From Octopus bimaculoides (Eukaryota): a DNA stretch of 64,000 nucleotides. The number at the start of each line of letters is the position of its first letter. Position 1 is the first letter of the stretch. A model generated the notes under the pieces. That model ran no database searches. It had not been told where the DNA came from and saw only the letters and a program-made list of their open reading frames with translations. A program made the position numbers and the translations under genes. The DNA is taken from the NCBI RefSeq assembly GCF_001194135.2, contig NC_068997.1:46162698-46226697 (forward strand), read 5' to 3'. Shown here piece after piece: positions 13,469 through 26,038 of this stretch.

Positions 13469-16400
13469 CACACACACATTTCCACATACACACACACATA
13501 ACTAAATAAATACATAGCACTCATTTGCTTCCTTTAATACATATCTCTACATATCTATTCAGAGTCAGGATCCTAGGATGAAGTGATATCGTTTGAGTGT
13601 AGTAGTTGAAAGTAATTCACATGAATAATCAAAGATTGTTCCAATAAACTTCTATGACATTCACTATTGATGACAGTCATACTAATATTTCTAAATATTG
13701 TTTTATTGTTGCAGTTCTTCAGCTTCTAAACCCAAAGTTATCAAAAGTATCAAGGGTAAGTATTTTTTTCTTCTTTTGTTCTGGACCTTATTCACTAAGC
13801 TAATGTTTTTGATGTGAGGTATTTGAAATCTTAACCTTGAAGGGTCAGATTTCCTGGTAATCTTTCCATATTCGTTTGTTTCTGTACTTCACAGGCAATG
13901 ACCAAAACAGTCGGAATCTGTGGGTCAGTGGTCTTGCCACAAGCACCCGTGCTACAGACCTTAAAGTGCTTTTTACCAAATATGGCAAGGTATGTTGAAT
14001 AAAATCTGTTTCTTCTATTTCATGTAATTTGTTACTAATCATATTTATTGCTAATTAGTACTTACATTCACACTATCTATGCTAGTCTAGTGTGTGTCTA
14101 CACTCTAAACGACTTTCTCTTCTCCAAATGTAGCCACTGTCAAGCCATCAGCACTCATTGCTTTGTGTGTGGTTGTCCACAACACAAGCTCAACACACCT
14201 TGTCTGCTCACTTCAGGTTAGCAGACTGGTTAGAATTCCAACAGTTCTATACTATTTTCTCTGACATACATTCTTGACTCTGGACCCATCAGAAACAGCT
14301 AGGCAGCTGACAGAAAACATACTCTTTGCCATGTTCCTTTATATCCCACACAAAACCAAAATTATTGCCTCGGGTCCTCCAAGTGGGTCAGTCCTAGCTG
14401 TATTGCAGTATTTCATGCAAAGCATACAGCCTGAAATACTTAGAGAACAAGTCCCTCTTACAAACAAGGCTTTTATTTTGTTTGTGACATTGTGTGTACA
14501 CCCTACTTTAGAGCCTATAATAACTCCCATTTTTAGTCCTTTTTCCCAGAATTTGAACTTTCTAGAATCCTTTTCTGGCAGCTGGCATTTGCAACTATTT
14601 AAGCAAAATATCAATCATATAGATTTGTTCAATCTTGGAAAATCTGCAAAGATCATGGAACCTGCCTTTTTCTGTGGACTAAACCAATTAAAGAAATGCC
14701 TGTTGTAAAGAGTTTTACTTAATCTCTGTTTAAAACATTTACTGCTTTTAATCTACAGTATCATTGTAAAAATCTTTTTTTGAAATAATTTATTAGTATT
14801 GGTAATACTGGGCTGAATAAATACCAAAATAAATTTTTATGTATAAAATTTAATTTAGATTTTGTTTTTGTCTACATCAGGTTGTTGGTGCCAAAGTAGT
14901 GACAAATGCACGGAGCCCTGGTGCTCGATGTTATGGTTTTGTAACTATGTCTTCTTCACATGAAGCTTCTAAATGTATTCAGCATTTGAATCAGACTGAA
15001 CTGCATGGCCGTATGATATCCGTTGAAAGGGTGAGTTATCCTAAGTTCGTTATTTTGTTTAGAGACCCAGTTATGTGTGTGTGAATGTATAACATGCAAT
15101 GATATTAGTAATAATCTATTGGTGGAGAGATGTGTGATGATAAACTGTAGATTGTATGTGTCTATTTGCACATAGTACAAATACATCGTTAATAAAGGAG
15201 TAGGGATGAGGTGTCATAAGTAATATTTCCTTTATTTTTCAGGCTAGAAAAGAACCTTCAACTCAGACTAAAGCACCAGAAATCAAGTCAGGAGAAAAGA
15301 AAGTAGAAAAGGCTGAGGTGAAGAAAGATGGTATGACTTCTTCCAGTGTTTCATATTTGTACTCTAAACAGAATTTGGCTCTAGAATTCCAATGTAGAGA
15401 CTCTACAAGTCATTTGCATTGAAGTTAGCTGAACTTAGTGTTTCATGTTACTAACCAAGTAATTAGTTTAATAAAACCATTGGCATTTCACAATTATTTA
15501 ACTACAATAATAGTATTAAAAAAATCATAAATATCAGGTGTGACTGTGTGGTAAGAAGTTTGCTTCCTAACCACATGGCTTTAGCTTCAGTCCCACTGTG
15601 TGGTACCTTAGGTGAGTGTTTCCTACTATATCTCCAGGTTGACCCAAGCCCCATAAATGGATTTGGACTGAAAGAAATCCGTTGTACATATATTACACAT
15701 ATAAACATATCCGTGTATTTGGGTGTGCATGTGTGTATGTTGCTGTCTTCTTGCCTTGACTTTTTGTGATAGCTGTAAAGAAATGTTGCTATGATGGAAN
15801 NNNNNNNNNNNNNNNNNNNNNNNNNNNNNNNNNNNNNNNNNNNNNNNNNNNNNNNNNNNNNNNNNNNNNNNNNNNNNNNNNNNNNNNNNNNNNNNNNNNT
15901 GGCAAGATTTATAGAAATACTGTTATTGGTGGATCTTCGGTGCCAGTGTAGATTTGTAGTTATGTGTGGTACCTTGGGCTAGTGTCTTTTACTTTAGCCC
16001 TGAGATGCCCTCTAAGCCTTGTGAGTGGATTTGGTAGATGGAAACTGAAAGAAGCCTATTGTGTATGTGTGTACATGTGTATGTTATACCATTGCCTTGA
16101 TGTCACTGGATGGTTGTAAAGAAGCATTGCCATCGGACAGAAGAATTTGTTGGTTTTAAGTCATCTATGAAAAGTTTGTGTGGTCATGGGAAATATTACC
16201 TTGCTTGGAAATAGATGAGAATTGGCTACAGGAAGAATATGGACATTAAATGATGGTGATAAAATGATTGACTGTTTCAGACAAATCTCATGCAACTGCA
16301 CCGAATAAGAGTGCAGCTGAAGCAGCTACAAAAGAAGGCTCTGAGAAAAGTGCAGAGCCTGCAGCAGGCTCCAAAGAGAAAGCTCCCAGTACAACAAAAC

Positions 16401-19400
16401 CTAAACCACGAGGGTCCAGTGCGTCTTCTGCCAAGAAAGATATTTTATCATTTGATCAAATAAAAGTAAGTACGATTTTATGTATCTTTTTTAATGTGGC
16501 TAAAGGGTGTAGTTCAAGTAGAATAAGATAAATAATTTTGCCTTGAAACTAGAGTGACTAATATCACTTACTTGACCCTAAATTTAGAGTGTTTATCATC
16601 CCTGATGTCTTCTTGAAATCATGAGATACAGCTCCTCTGCCTTAAAACTGATCATAACTGGGATGTTAAATTTGAAGTGCATTGTTGGTCCAATGAAGGT
16701 CTTAGTGTTTAGCATGGCTGAGATGTAACCTAAAGAAATTGTTTAAATTAGGCTGATTGATTCAGATGTGACTCTGCAATAGTCACAATAGTTGTGGTAG
16801 TAACTGTTGTGGCTGTTGCAGTATAGAACATGTAATGAAGTTTCAAACCAGATTAGGTGGAAGTAGGTCAACTATTTCATTAGAATAGAGGCACTGGGCT
16901 ACTGGGAACATGATTAGAAGTTCAAATCTTTCTGCAGCTGTTATGTTTTGTCTTATTTGCTGTAGTAAATTATATAATTCTACTTACTCAACTTTGCGTA
17001 ACTGATAAAATTTATTCCACATTTACTTCAAGATTGAATTGTTAGCTAGAAGAGAGAAATGTATCTCCTAGTCTAGCATGGAAAAATTATGTAAAACAAA
17101 AGATTTGTTTCTATATCTGGGTATAGGAGTATTATGTTGTTTTTGTGTTTTATTCAGAATAGCAAAAATCTATGATGTCTGTATTAAATTATTGTGGTAT
17201 TTAGATTTGCCATTTTTATGTCCCTCTATGTATAATATCAAGTCTTATTTTGTACGGTTATTTAGTTTCGTGTGGGTTTCTTTGTTGATTTTATGTTGTT
17301 TGTTTTATTCTTTGCTATTTAATAATTATTCTCTTTTCATATTCCATTCTTGAAAATAAAAACAAAATCCCACCAAATTTCTTGACAGAAGGAAAGAGAG
17401 CGACAGCGTTTACGTCAGAGACAAAGGAGTCGTAGGGAACAGGAGAGGCGTCGGTTGAAAAAACTTGACATGGCCCGGATGCTTCAGCAGAATGTGGAAC
17501 GGGAACAGAAGGAGGAAGTGAAAAGATTGGGAAAAGTTAGAGAACAGATAAGGTTTGTGAAAAGTGCATTCACATTTAAACTGTTTTAGACAGAATGTCA
17601 TGATTTTGTGAGAAAGAAATTTACTTCACACCGCCATGATCCCAAATGTTAAAAGCTGTCTCAAGGCCCATTCCTGTTTTTGGTGGTAGAATTATTTTGT
17701 TGTCTTGTTTAAGACTACATCTGGTTCTTGGGTGCCTTTAGCGCATTACACACTTTTTCAAACTTTTAAGCCTGGTCCCTAATCTAAGGATAACTTCTTC
17801 CCTTCTTCAAATTGGTCTTGGAGACGCTGAGAAAGCACTTTAAATACTGCTATGTCTTAAGGGCTTAAGTACTGTTATGTTTTAGATATTTTTGTAGATA
17901 GTAGTTGTGACTTATGAGGAATTAGGAAGTTGTTACAAAAGTAGAGGGTAAGTTATTTTAAATGAATAGTGAAAGAAGGAAGATATTCAGTATATATATG
18001 GAAGGAAAGTAAAGATTAGAATATGTAAGATGTATTGGGTGATATATTTGCTATCTATATTCTTTCTTCAGATTGTTTTAGCAATCTCCTGATATCATTT
18101 TTAACCCTCTTGGGACACCCAAGCTGATTGATCAACCTGAATGATACAAGCTGTAAGGACTTTGATGCCAGTACATCAGTCTGGTGGGAGAATGGTTGTG
18201 AATGGGTGGTTTTGAATTGTAATAGCTAATCAGAGATTGTCTTCCAGTAGATGTATCTCAATATAAAAAAAAGAACAAATGTTGGTCTTTTTGTCTACAC
18301 ATACCAAAACATCGTGTGTCTCAAAAGGGTTAACATTTGATAATCAGTGGATTGGTTGGACACCATTGTAAATTTTTGACTCTCGTTTCAGGATAAAGAT
18401 AGGACGCTATATTTAGAGTAGTTTTCCTCGATATCCTTTCAAAACCCAAAGAAGAATTGAACTTAGCAGCAATGGAAGTTAATGAAATGATTGTCAGACA
18501 AACATTTCCTCAATTCTTGTGGACTTTTTTTTGTGTTATTGTTTATTTATCTTAAAGGTCTATATTGGGTATCTATAGTACTATATTGTCTATGTATTTT
18601 GTGTTTTAAAATGATAGGATATTATATGATACCTCCACATGGTCCTTATTAAGTTGTGGGTGAATGTTTATGTAAGACTTTAGTATCTTTGTCCAAATTG
18701 TGTTTATATTATATATCAAGAGGCTTTTCTTTATAGTTTATGTGTAGATTCCTCAACATCATCTGACAATCCTAACATTTAATGTTAATCTAAAAATATA
18801 CAATCACGTTGTTGAAATGTCAAATCTCTGAGATAATCCAAGATCAGTTCACAAGCAATGCAAATGCTTATGCATGACATTTGACAGGGAAATCTTTGTG
18901 CCAAAGGGTTAAGTGTCTTTATCCATCCTATAGTGATGTTGGTCCAGATTGATATTCTGTTACTTTGTCCACCCTGCTCACTTCTCTTTCCCAAGGGATG
19001 AAATGTGTTTATATTCTATATCAAGAGGCTTTTCTTTATTCTGCTCACCTTTAGAGTTCGTGTAGATTCCTCAATATCATCTGACAATCCTAACATTTAA
19101 GTTTTGTAAATGTTCAAAAGAATGCCACTTCAGTATTATTGTAGAGTAATGTGTTAGAGTGTGTACAAGTTGGTGCGTTTAGGCAGGGATTGTCACTTTT
19201 TTTTTCTGTTTAAATTCTTAATGTTATCCTTATATTCTTTCACTCTTTTCAGGTTAGAGAAAATGAAATTGGAAAAAATGAAACTGGAAAAAGAGAAACT
19301 ATTAAGATACAGAATGGAAAAAGAACTTCTTGAAATAGAAAGACGTAATGTAGAGATGCGTTCTGCTGAGATGTTGCGGTGAGTGAGACAGATTATGTTG

Positions 19401-19812
19401 TTACTGTTAGGGAAACTGAAGAAGGAAGGAGGCCATAAGATTGGACAGTGTTAGAAAGAAGATAAGGTGTTATGTGAATGTTAACTTAAGACTTAAGTGT
19501 CTTTGTCCATTCCACAGTGATGGACAAAGTAGTAGACTGATATTCTATTATTTTGTCCTTTTGACTTCTCTTTTCCAAGGAATGAAATATGTTTATCTTC
19601 TATATCAAGAGACTTTTCTTTATTCTGCTTAACTTTATAGTTTATGTAGATTCATCAGTGTCATTTGACATTCCTAATATTTAAGCTTGTGAAGTAACAT
19701 TTCGACAAAAACATATGACTCCCTCTAGATTCAAAAGAATGTTCTTGTGTAATTTTTGCAGAGGAACATGTATCAGGGTACATACAAGTTGGAGTGTGTC
19801 AGCAGAAATTGT

Positions 19813-19846
<34 letters not shown>

Positions 19847-22650
19847 TATTCTTAATGCTATCTTTATGTTCTTTCACACTTTTCAGGTTGGAGAGAATGA
19901 AACTGGAGAAAATGAAGCTGGAGAAAGAGAAACTATTAAGATACAGAATGGAAAAAGAACTTTTTGAAATGGAAAGGCGTGATGTAGAGATGCATTCAGC
20001 TGAGATGTTGCGGTGAGTGAGACAGGTTATGCTGTAAACTTAATGATTAATTTTTATCTGTAGAATTTAAAGTAGATAAAGCCATAAATAACAGCATGTA
20101 AATATTGGGTTAGGAACCCCTTTTGGATTTTTCTATCTGAAAGAAGCCCGTCGTATATAAGTATGTATGTGTGTGTATATGTTTGTCCCCCCAGCATCGC
20201 TTGACAACCGATGGTGGTGTGTTTACGTCCCCGTAAGTTAGCGGTTCGGCAAAAGAGACCGATAGAATAAGTACTAGGCTTTCTGATCTTTGTTTTCTTC
20301 TAGGTATAATGTTGGACTACATTATCCAGTGCATCCAACATTTTGTTTTTCTTCCAAGACAGTTGGGGATGATTGGAGGATGTTTTGGTTGCTGTTTCTA
20401 GTATGTTTAATGACTGCATGGCGTGTTAGCTCAACTGGTGTCCTGGTTGTTAACTTGTTGAAAGTTAAGGTTGTTTACTATTTTATCATATCCTTCAGCT
20501 GCTAATTACTTGAATTTACTTTTTTTTTTTCTAACATCAGGTTTGATGAAATGAGACATCCTTCAAAAAGATCTCATGATCGAAGTAGCCTACGTGATGA
20601 TGACCTCTGGGATGAACGTAAACGGTCCAGGATGAGTAGTTCCGGTAACCCCTCTAGATTTGAACTTCCTTTCCGGAATGAATCACGGTAAGTTGCCAGT
20701 GGTAGAGACAGTATTTTGTCATTGATTTCTTGTTACCTCACTAATGTTCTAAATTAAAGTTTCTTTTGCATTTCTCAATCTTTTGGCCTCTGAATGTGGT
20801 ATGTGCATTCTTATATATTTTTTACTCCTTCCCCGCACCTCCTTTTTTTTTTTTTTTTTTTTCTCACATGTTTCAGTTCAGTCAACAAACTGCGGCTTGA
20901 AGGTTTCAGCTATATAAATTGTCTCTTGCACTTGTTCTGTCTCTGTCTTTTGCGGAACTGCTAAGTTATAGGGACATAAATAAATACTGTCAAGCAGTGG
21001 CACTCTGTCGCTTACGACGTTGAGAGTTTCAGTTGATCCGATCAATGGAACGGCCTGCTCGTGAAATTAACGTGCAAGTGGCTGAGCATTCCACAGACAC
21101 ATGTACCCTTAACATAGTTCTCGGGGATATTCAGCGTGACACAGTGTGACAAGGCTGACCCTTTGAATTACAGGCACAACAGAAACAGGAAGAAAGAGTG
21201 AGAGAAAGTTGTGGTGAAAGAGTACAGCAGGGTTCGCCACCACCCCCTGCCGGAGCCTCGTGGAGCTTTAGGTGTTTTCGCTCAATAAACACTCACAACG
21301 CCCGGTCTGGGAATTGAAACCGCGATCCTATGACCGCGAGTCCGCTGCCCTAACCACTGGGCCATTGCGCCTCCAATGTCAAGCAGTAGGAGGGAACAAA
21401 CATAAACACAAAGACACACACGTGCGTACGTACGTGTGTGTGTGTGTTTGTGATGGGCTTCCACATAGTTTGTCTATTTAATTCACTTGGCCAAGGTTCC
21501 ACACAGTAGGACTGAACCAGAAACCACATGGTTGTAGAGTGAGCTCCTTAACCACACAGCTACACCTGTGCCTATATTTGTCCAGTATCACGACATTGTT
21601 GTCCACTATATACTCTGAGTTGGTTCCATCTTAAAAGTGAACAACGATTATTTGCCCAGCTTCTACACATTGTCCTTTTACGATGGTTCTAAACCCTTAG
21701 GAAATAATTTTGCTAATTTTGTATCTTATTTATCTCTCTTTCCAGGATGCCTTTTGAGTTAAGAAGAGATATGGGACCAAGTGGGGATCCTGATAGAAGA
21801 TATGTTGGTCCCGATCGAGGACGTGATCACGACCGACGAAATATATCAGCTCATGATAGATTGGGAAGAGTGAGAAATTCTTTTGGTAAGCTTACACTTG
21901 TTTTAATCATTTTCACTTTCCCTCTCTCTCGAATAAAACCTCACCCCCATCCTCCACTTTTTGGTAGCTGTCCCTCTCTATTTTTTTTCTTTTAACATTT
22001 AAGCATTGAAATCGGCCACATTGGGCCCAAATATTCTACCTGTTTTATGTTCATCCAGATCTAGGTTCTCACACCTACTCTACAATGTCATTATCAAAAT
22101 ATAGAATCACATCATCAAAATCTCAAACCTACAAGATAATGCATGATTAATTCAAAACCAGGTAAATAAAGAAACACTACTTTTGACTGAGTAATCTGAA
22201 TGCTAAAGGGTTAAGCCCTATTCTTCTGTGTATCCATCTATCTTGCTATTAATCAACATTCTCCTTGTTTATTCTTTCTCTTATACAATTCTTTTAACTC
22301 TTTATTTTTCATATTTGTGTGTCATTAACTAATATGTTTTCTATGTTTTCTTCCTTCTAGGCGGTGGACCTGACCAGAGACCTCCTTGGGGTTCTGGCAG
22401 TGTAGATAGGAAAATGGACAACTGGTCTCACATGCATGGAGACATGGACCAACCGAATGAACCGTGGTTTGGTAACCCTATGGACAAAACAGGTCGTGAT
22501 GCCAGTGGGGCATTTGTTGACAATAATAGACCCGGTAACAGTGGTGGGGTGGGGCAGAACTTGGGACCTAATAACATGTTTGGCAACTCACAGTCGCGTG
22601 GTGGGATCATGATGGTTACACACGAGGGTGGTAGTGGGGGTGGTATATGA
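3646..22650 (+). CDS. SAFB: Scaffold attachment factor B (SAFB/SLTM)-like protein: SAP domain, RRM, charged coiled coil, G/N/M-rich C-terminus
   Basis: Phase-consistent GT-AG exons: 3646-3780, 7027-7060, 11407-11911, 13715-13755, 13895-13989, 14881-15030, 15243-15330, 16281-16465, 17389-17552, 19253-19378, 19887-20012, 20541-20687, 21746-21885, 22361-22650 (2226 nt, 741 aa). SAP: [37 protein letters not shown]: [76 protein letters not shown], nearly identical to the SAFB RRM. The LSFDQIK motif is also present. One exon after the SAP exon may be hidden in an N gap. Confidence 0.93.
5030..5960 (-). mobile_element. Degenerate Ty3/Gypsy-type gag-protease fragment in a SAFB intron
   Basis: Minus-strand translations [17 protein letters not shown] (gag-like) and [27 protein letters not shown]...TVEDRDFRA (retropepsin-adjacent region); broken by stops and frameshifts. 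Confidence 0.55.
9520..10330 (+). mobile_element. Decayed Tc1/mariner (maT/DD37D-like) transposase
   Basis: Fragments [53 protein letters not shown] and [16 protein letters not shown] follow maT-type transposases in order; many stops. Confidence 0.7.
13895..15030 (+). CDS. SAFB: SAFB-like RRM exons (13895-13989 and 14881-15030)
   Basis: RNP2 (LWVSGL) and RNP1 (RCYGFVTM) motifs with canonical splice sites. Confidence 0.95.
14110..14690 (+). mobile_element. Degenerate CR1/Jockey-like LINE ORF2 fragment (endonuclease-RT linker)
   Basis: [25 protein letters not shown] resembles the DPS..A..IT..I..GM..YIP linker of Jockey/CR1-group LINEs; frameshifted downstream. Confidence 0.5.
18670..20040 (+). 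repeat. Local tandem duplication of about 630 bp containing a SAFB coding exon, plus a partial third intronic copy
   Basis: The motif tatatcaagag(g/a)cttttcttta...gtagattc recurs at about 18710, 19017 and 19600; exon copies are at 19253-19378 and 19887-20012. Confidence 0.9.
20998..21374 (-). mobile_element. tRNA-derived SINE, near full length
   Basis: Minus-strand head GGCGCAATGGCCCAGTGGTTAGGGCAGCGGACTCGCGG...GGTTTCAATTCCC with A and B boxes; its 3' tail is shared with the copy at about 57645-57960 (+). Confidence 0.8.
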
Positions 22651-23161
22651 GTGGATGTATGCAAGAGCCTAGTTTTGATGTCTACAACATTGTGGGGGTC
22701 TATGTGAAACCCAAACTGAGGATTAAGGTGTGAGAGTCATGTTGAGGTGTTCGATTTTGGAGTGGCAGATGGAATCCGATAGATAATAAAATCCTGCCCT
22801 ACAACTGTGTATCATCCACATCCTGCATTCCATTTGTCACTTAGTGTTTGGTTCTTGGGACGTTCAGTCATATTTTTCTCCTTCATACTTTCACACACAC
22901 AGACTGCCATCTCCCTATCTCCACTCTACTCCCTCTAACATTACTGTCTTAATATATTTATTTCCTTCATATTTGTTGCTAATATTTTATTAGTTATTAC
23001 TGACACACACACTTCCCACAGTTGATATATTTTAATGGAAGAGGAGGGTGGGGTGGAGCCAAGATAGATTGTATTTACTAAAGAGGGGGGGGAGGAAGAA
23101 GAGCAACCACAGAATGTAATAAAGAAGCGAGAGAGACCACATAGAATGTAATATATGAAGA

Positions 23162-23167
23162 AATAAA
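23162..23167 (+). terminator. Poly(A) signal AATAAA of the downstream SAFB-like gene
   Basis: Lies in the block gagaccacatagaatgtaatatatg-agaaataaattttatt, which is shared with the upstream paralogue 3' UTR. Confidence 0.6.
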
Positions 23168-26038
23168 TTTTATTCACTGTAAACCACTCACAAAGTATTA
23201 TATTTGTCACTTTTATTTATTCTCTATGTATTCCTCATGACTTTCGTTTATTCTATATTTTTTCTTTATCTTCTCTGGTTTTGCTCTATATCACTCATCT
23301 TTCCTCTTTCTCATTCTTTCTCTCTCTCTCTCTCTGTCTTAACATGTCCCTGCTTGTTTTCCCTGAAGCTTCAGGTAGAACAGTCAAAATGTTTATTTTT
23401 GTATCAGTCTGATTTCGATGTCTTTTTATCAACTTAATTTTCACAAAAAGTTCATTCATTCAAACAGATTCCTCTTGTGATGGCCTCATCCAGAATTGCT
23501 GTTGCCTTGCTCATAGGTATCACGACCTGGCTTTTTTGCTATGTGCTACCACAGAACCTTGCACACAATGACAGTTCCATGTGCAATTATTGGCAGAGGA
23601 TTTGAAGGGTTTAGTTCAGGCCTGGCCAACTTGAATTACATAGTGGGCCACTTTAATCAGAGGAAGTTTTTTGATGGCTGCTTGTATACTGACAGAATTG
23701 AAAGCATTTTGCTTTCTCATGCTATTATTACAATAATGAATGAATGATCGTTGATTCAACATGAAATATTATCGTTGCAAAAACAATAGTATCGTTCTTT
23801 TTTACTTTTCATTACAAACTTTAATTTTTGATAAAAATTTTTTAAATGTTTGTTTAAATAAATCCATTTCAAGAAAGTATGAAGCAAACCTCAGGTTGGC
23901 CAGCCTAGTTAAACAAATCAATCCCCAGTACTTATTTTAAAAAAATTCTAGCACTTATTGTATCGTGATTCTTGCTGAACCAAAAAATTACAGAAGTGCA
24001 AACAAATGATAAATGGTTGTCTAGCGGTGGTTGAGAAACAAACACACACTTATATAGATATCAGAAAGGCTTCCACAGTTTTAAGGCGTTGGTCAGTCTG
24101 GGGCTAGTATCTTTTCAATTTCTGTCACAGATTTGGAAATTTTAAAATTGAAATTAAGTGAAAATTTTCATAATTTGGTATACTTGCTGGACCTGATTTA
24201 CAGATTCATTTAATCCAGAAAAAAAGTTTAGTAAAATGTTACAGATGTTTCAAAGTGTGATCATTTTTAGCCAATCAGAAAACAGGATTTGGAAGATGTG
24301 CATTTTCTGCTTGATGTGAAAGCTGTTTGATAGTAATTACGAAAGTTGTGAGAAGCTGTAATGAGTTTTAATGAATAAAGTCATAGGAAACGCATGGTCA
24401 AATACGAAAACAACAACAACAAAAAAATCCTCAATGATAATTTTTTGTGGAAAATCAATAAACAAATCGGAAATTCGAAAACGCAAGTTTGAGATGCACT
24501 AGAAATTGATCGAATAAATTATAATATTCGTACTAAGAAACTCGAGAGCTAAACAGTAGGTCTTTTGAGAAGAAACCCGAGTGAAGTTTTTGACCCTTCA
24601 CTTCTTTTACACTTTAAGGAGGCTGGGCCGCATCTACGTCTTGTCTCTTGGGTGCCCTTCTATTGACTCTTTTTAGCCACTTAGATATCAGAGACTAACC
24701 GCTGAGAGATTTCATCTTGTTGGAACTGTTCTCTGTTGTCTCAGCTTTCAAATTTATAACTCAAATAAAAAAATTAACGTTTTATCATGTTAATGGTGAA
24801 ACGTGAATGCTACCACACAGACTGGTCGGGAGTTACTTCCCTTACTATTAAAATACGAAAATATTACATTTTAACTGTGGTCATTTTTGTCTCCTTGACC
24901 AGATCCAGTTGGAACTCATCTCCAAAGTTTCTCAAACGAAAAGTGTAAGTTATTCGATCAACTCCAACAGTGTGCGTCATGTATACAGAGTAATAGACAG
25001 GCCGTCATGAGAATGAAACGTATGTGTTTGTGTAAGCATAGATGTATGCGCGTGTGTTAAGAACATATAAGGACGGCAATGAAGCTGATAGTGAAAAACG
25101 TCTACAGCCATCGAAGTGAGAAGTTCATAGACACAAGAAAGATAATAATACCAGTTCGTAGTCATTAGAACCCGGTAGTTGAAATACTGTATCAAGAAGT
25201 CGTGACTATGATACTGCTGCCTGGGTCACTTGATACAGGAGTTCATGCAGGGTGTATATTCGCTGTTGATCCGTAGTGAAATGATTTACGAACAATGAAC
25301 TGTTGGAACCTGGGTGAATTGCTTGCTGAGCTGTGTTCGAAGAGAGATGATGTGGACAACGTTAAGGACATGATGGTGCCAACGAAGAAAGAGGTTACCA
25401 CAATGCTGTTGAATATCCTGGTGACAAAGTTGGTAAGTCAGTAGTGTCGCTGGAACTGGCTGTGTCTTTGTGGTCAGTGGCTAGACCTTAAAAGGTCTGG
25501 AACCAAAGACTTTGGAATGAGGAAAAGCTGAGTTTTTATAAGGAGCTGTAGGCTAAAACAGGCTGTCCCCCGCGATCCTATTTAGAGCCTCCGACTGGTT
25601 ATACACAGCAAGCTGGCTCGACTGAGTAAGAGACAAATTGTGCCAATACCAACCAATCAGGGTAGTAGCCACAACAGGATCCAAATAGCGGCCAAAGGAT
25701 AGCTGTTCCATGCAACGTTTGAATGTACATATATATAATAAATGAGTGAGGAATTTCACCCGAGTCTACGCTACAATTTCAAAAGATTTTATTTCTGTAC
25801 TTGAGGTATCAACATGTCGAAGTTGGCTCTCGTAGATTTCCGTTTCCTTTAGTGCGCTATTTACTGCAGAAGACTGGTCTGCAACACAAACAACTAAAGA
25901 AAGCCACCAATGAGATAGACATGATAGCTGAAAGCAACTCCTGAGATTGACGAGAAATCGCAAGTGGAACCTTCCTCAGGTGAAGACTAATTCAGTCCTT
26001 GCTGCCCAACGCAGGCAAAACCTATAGAATAATGGTTT

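Noticed and set aside
21290-21374. tRNA gene
   Set aside because: The tRNA-like head runs directly into a SINE body and has no proper acceptor stem or terminator.
22361-22420. Apparent frameshift at the start of the last SAFB exon relative to the paralogue
   Set aside because: On recounting it is a 3-nt (CCT) insertion and the frame stays open.
23470-23760. GC-richer, coding-looking patch after the SAFB 3' UTR
   Set aside because: No frame is free of stops with usable splice sites, and no recognisable homology.
25150-26030. Possible solo LTR or leader on the minus strand, with a hammerhead-like hairpin near 25985
   Set aside because: No termini or TSD could be defined, and the hairpin lacks the GAAA half of the core.
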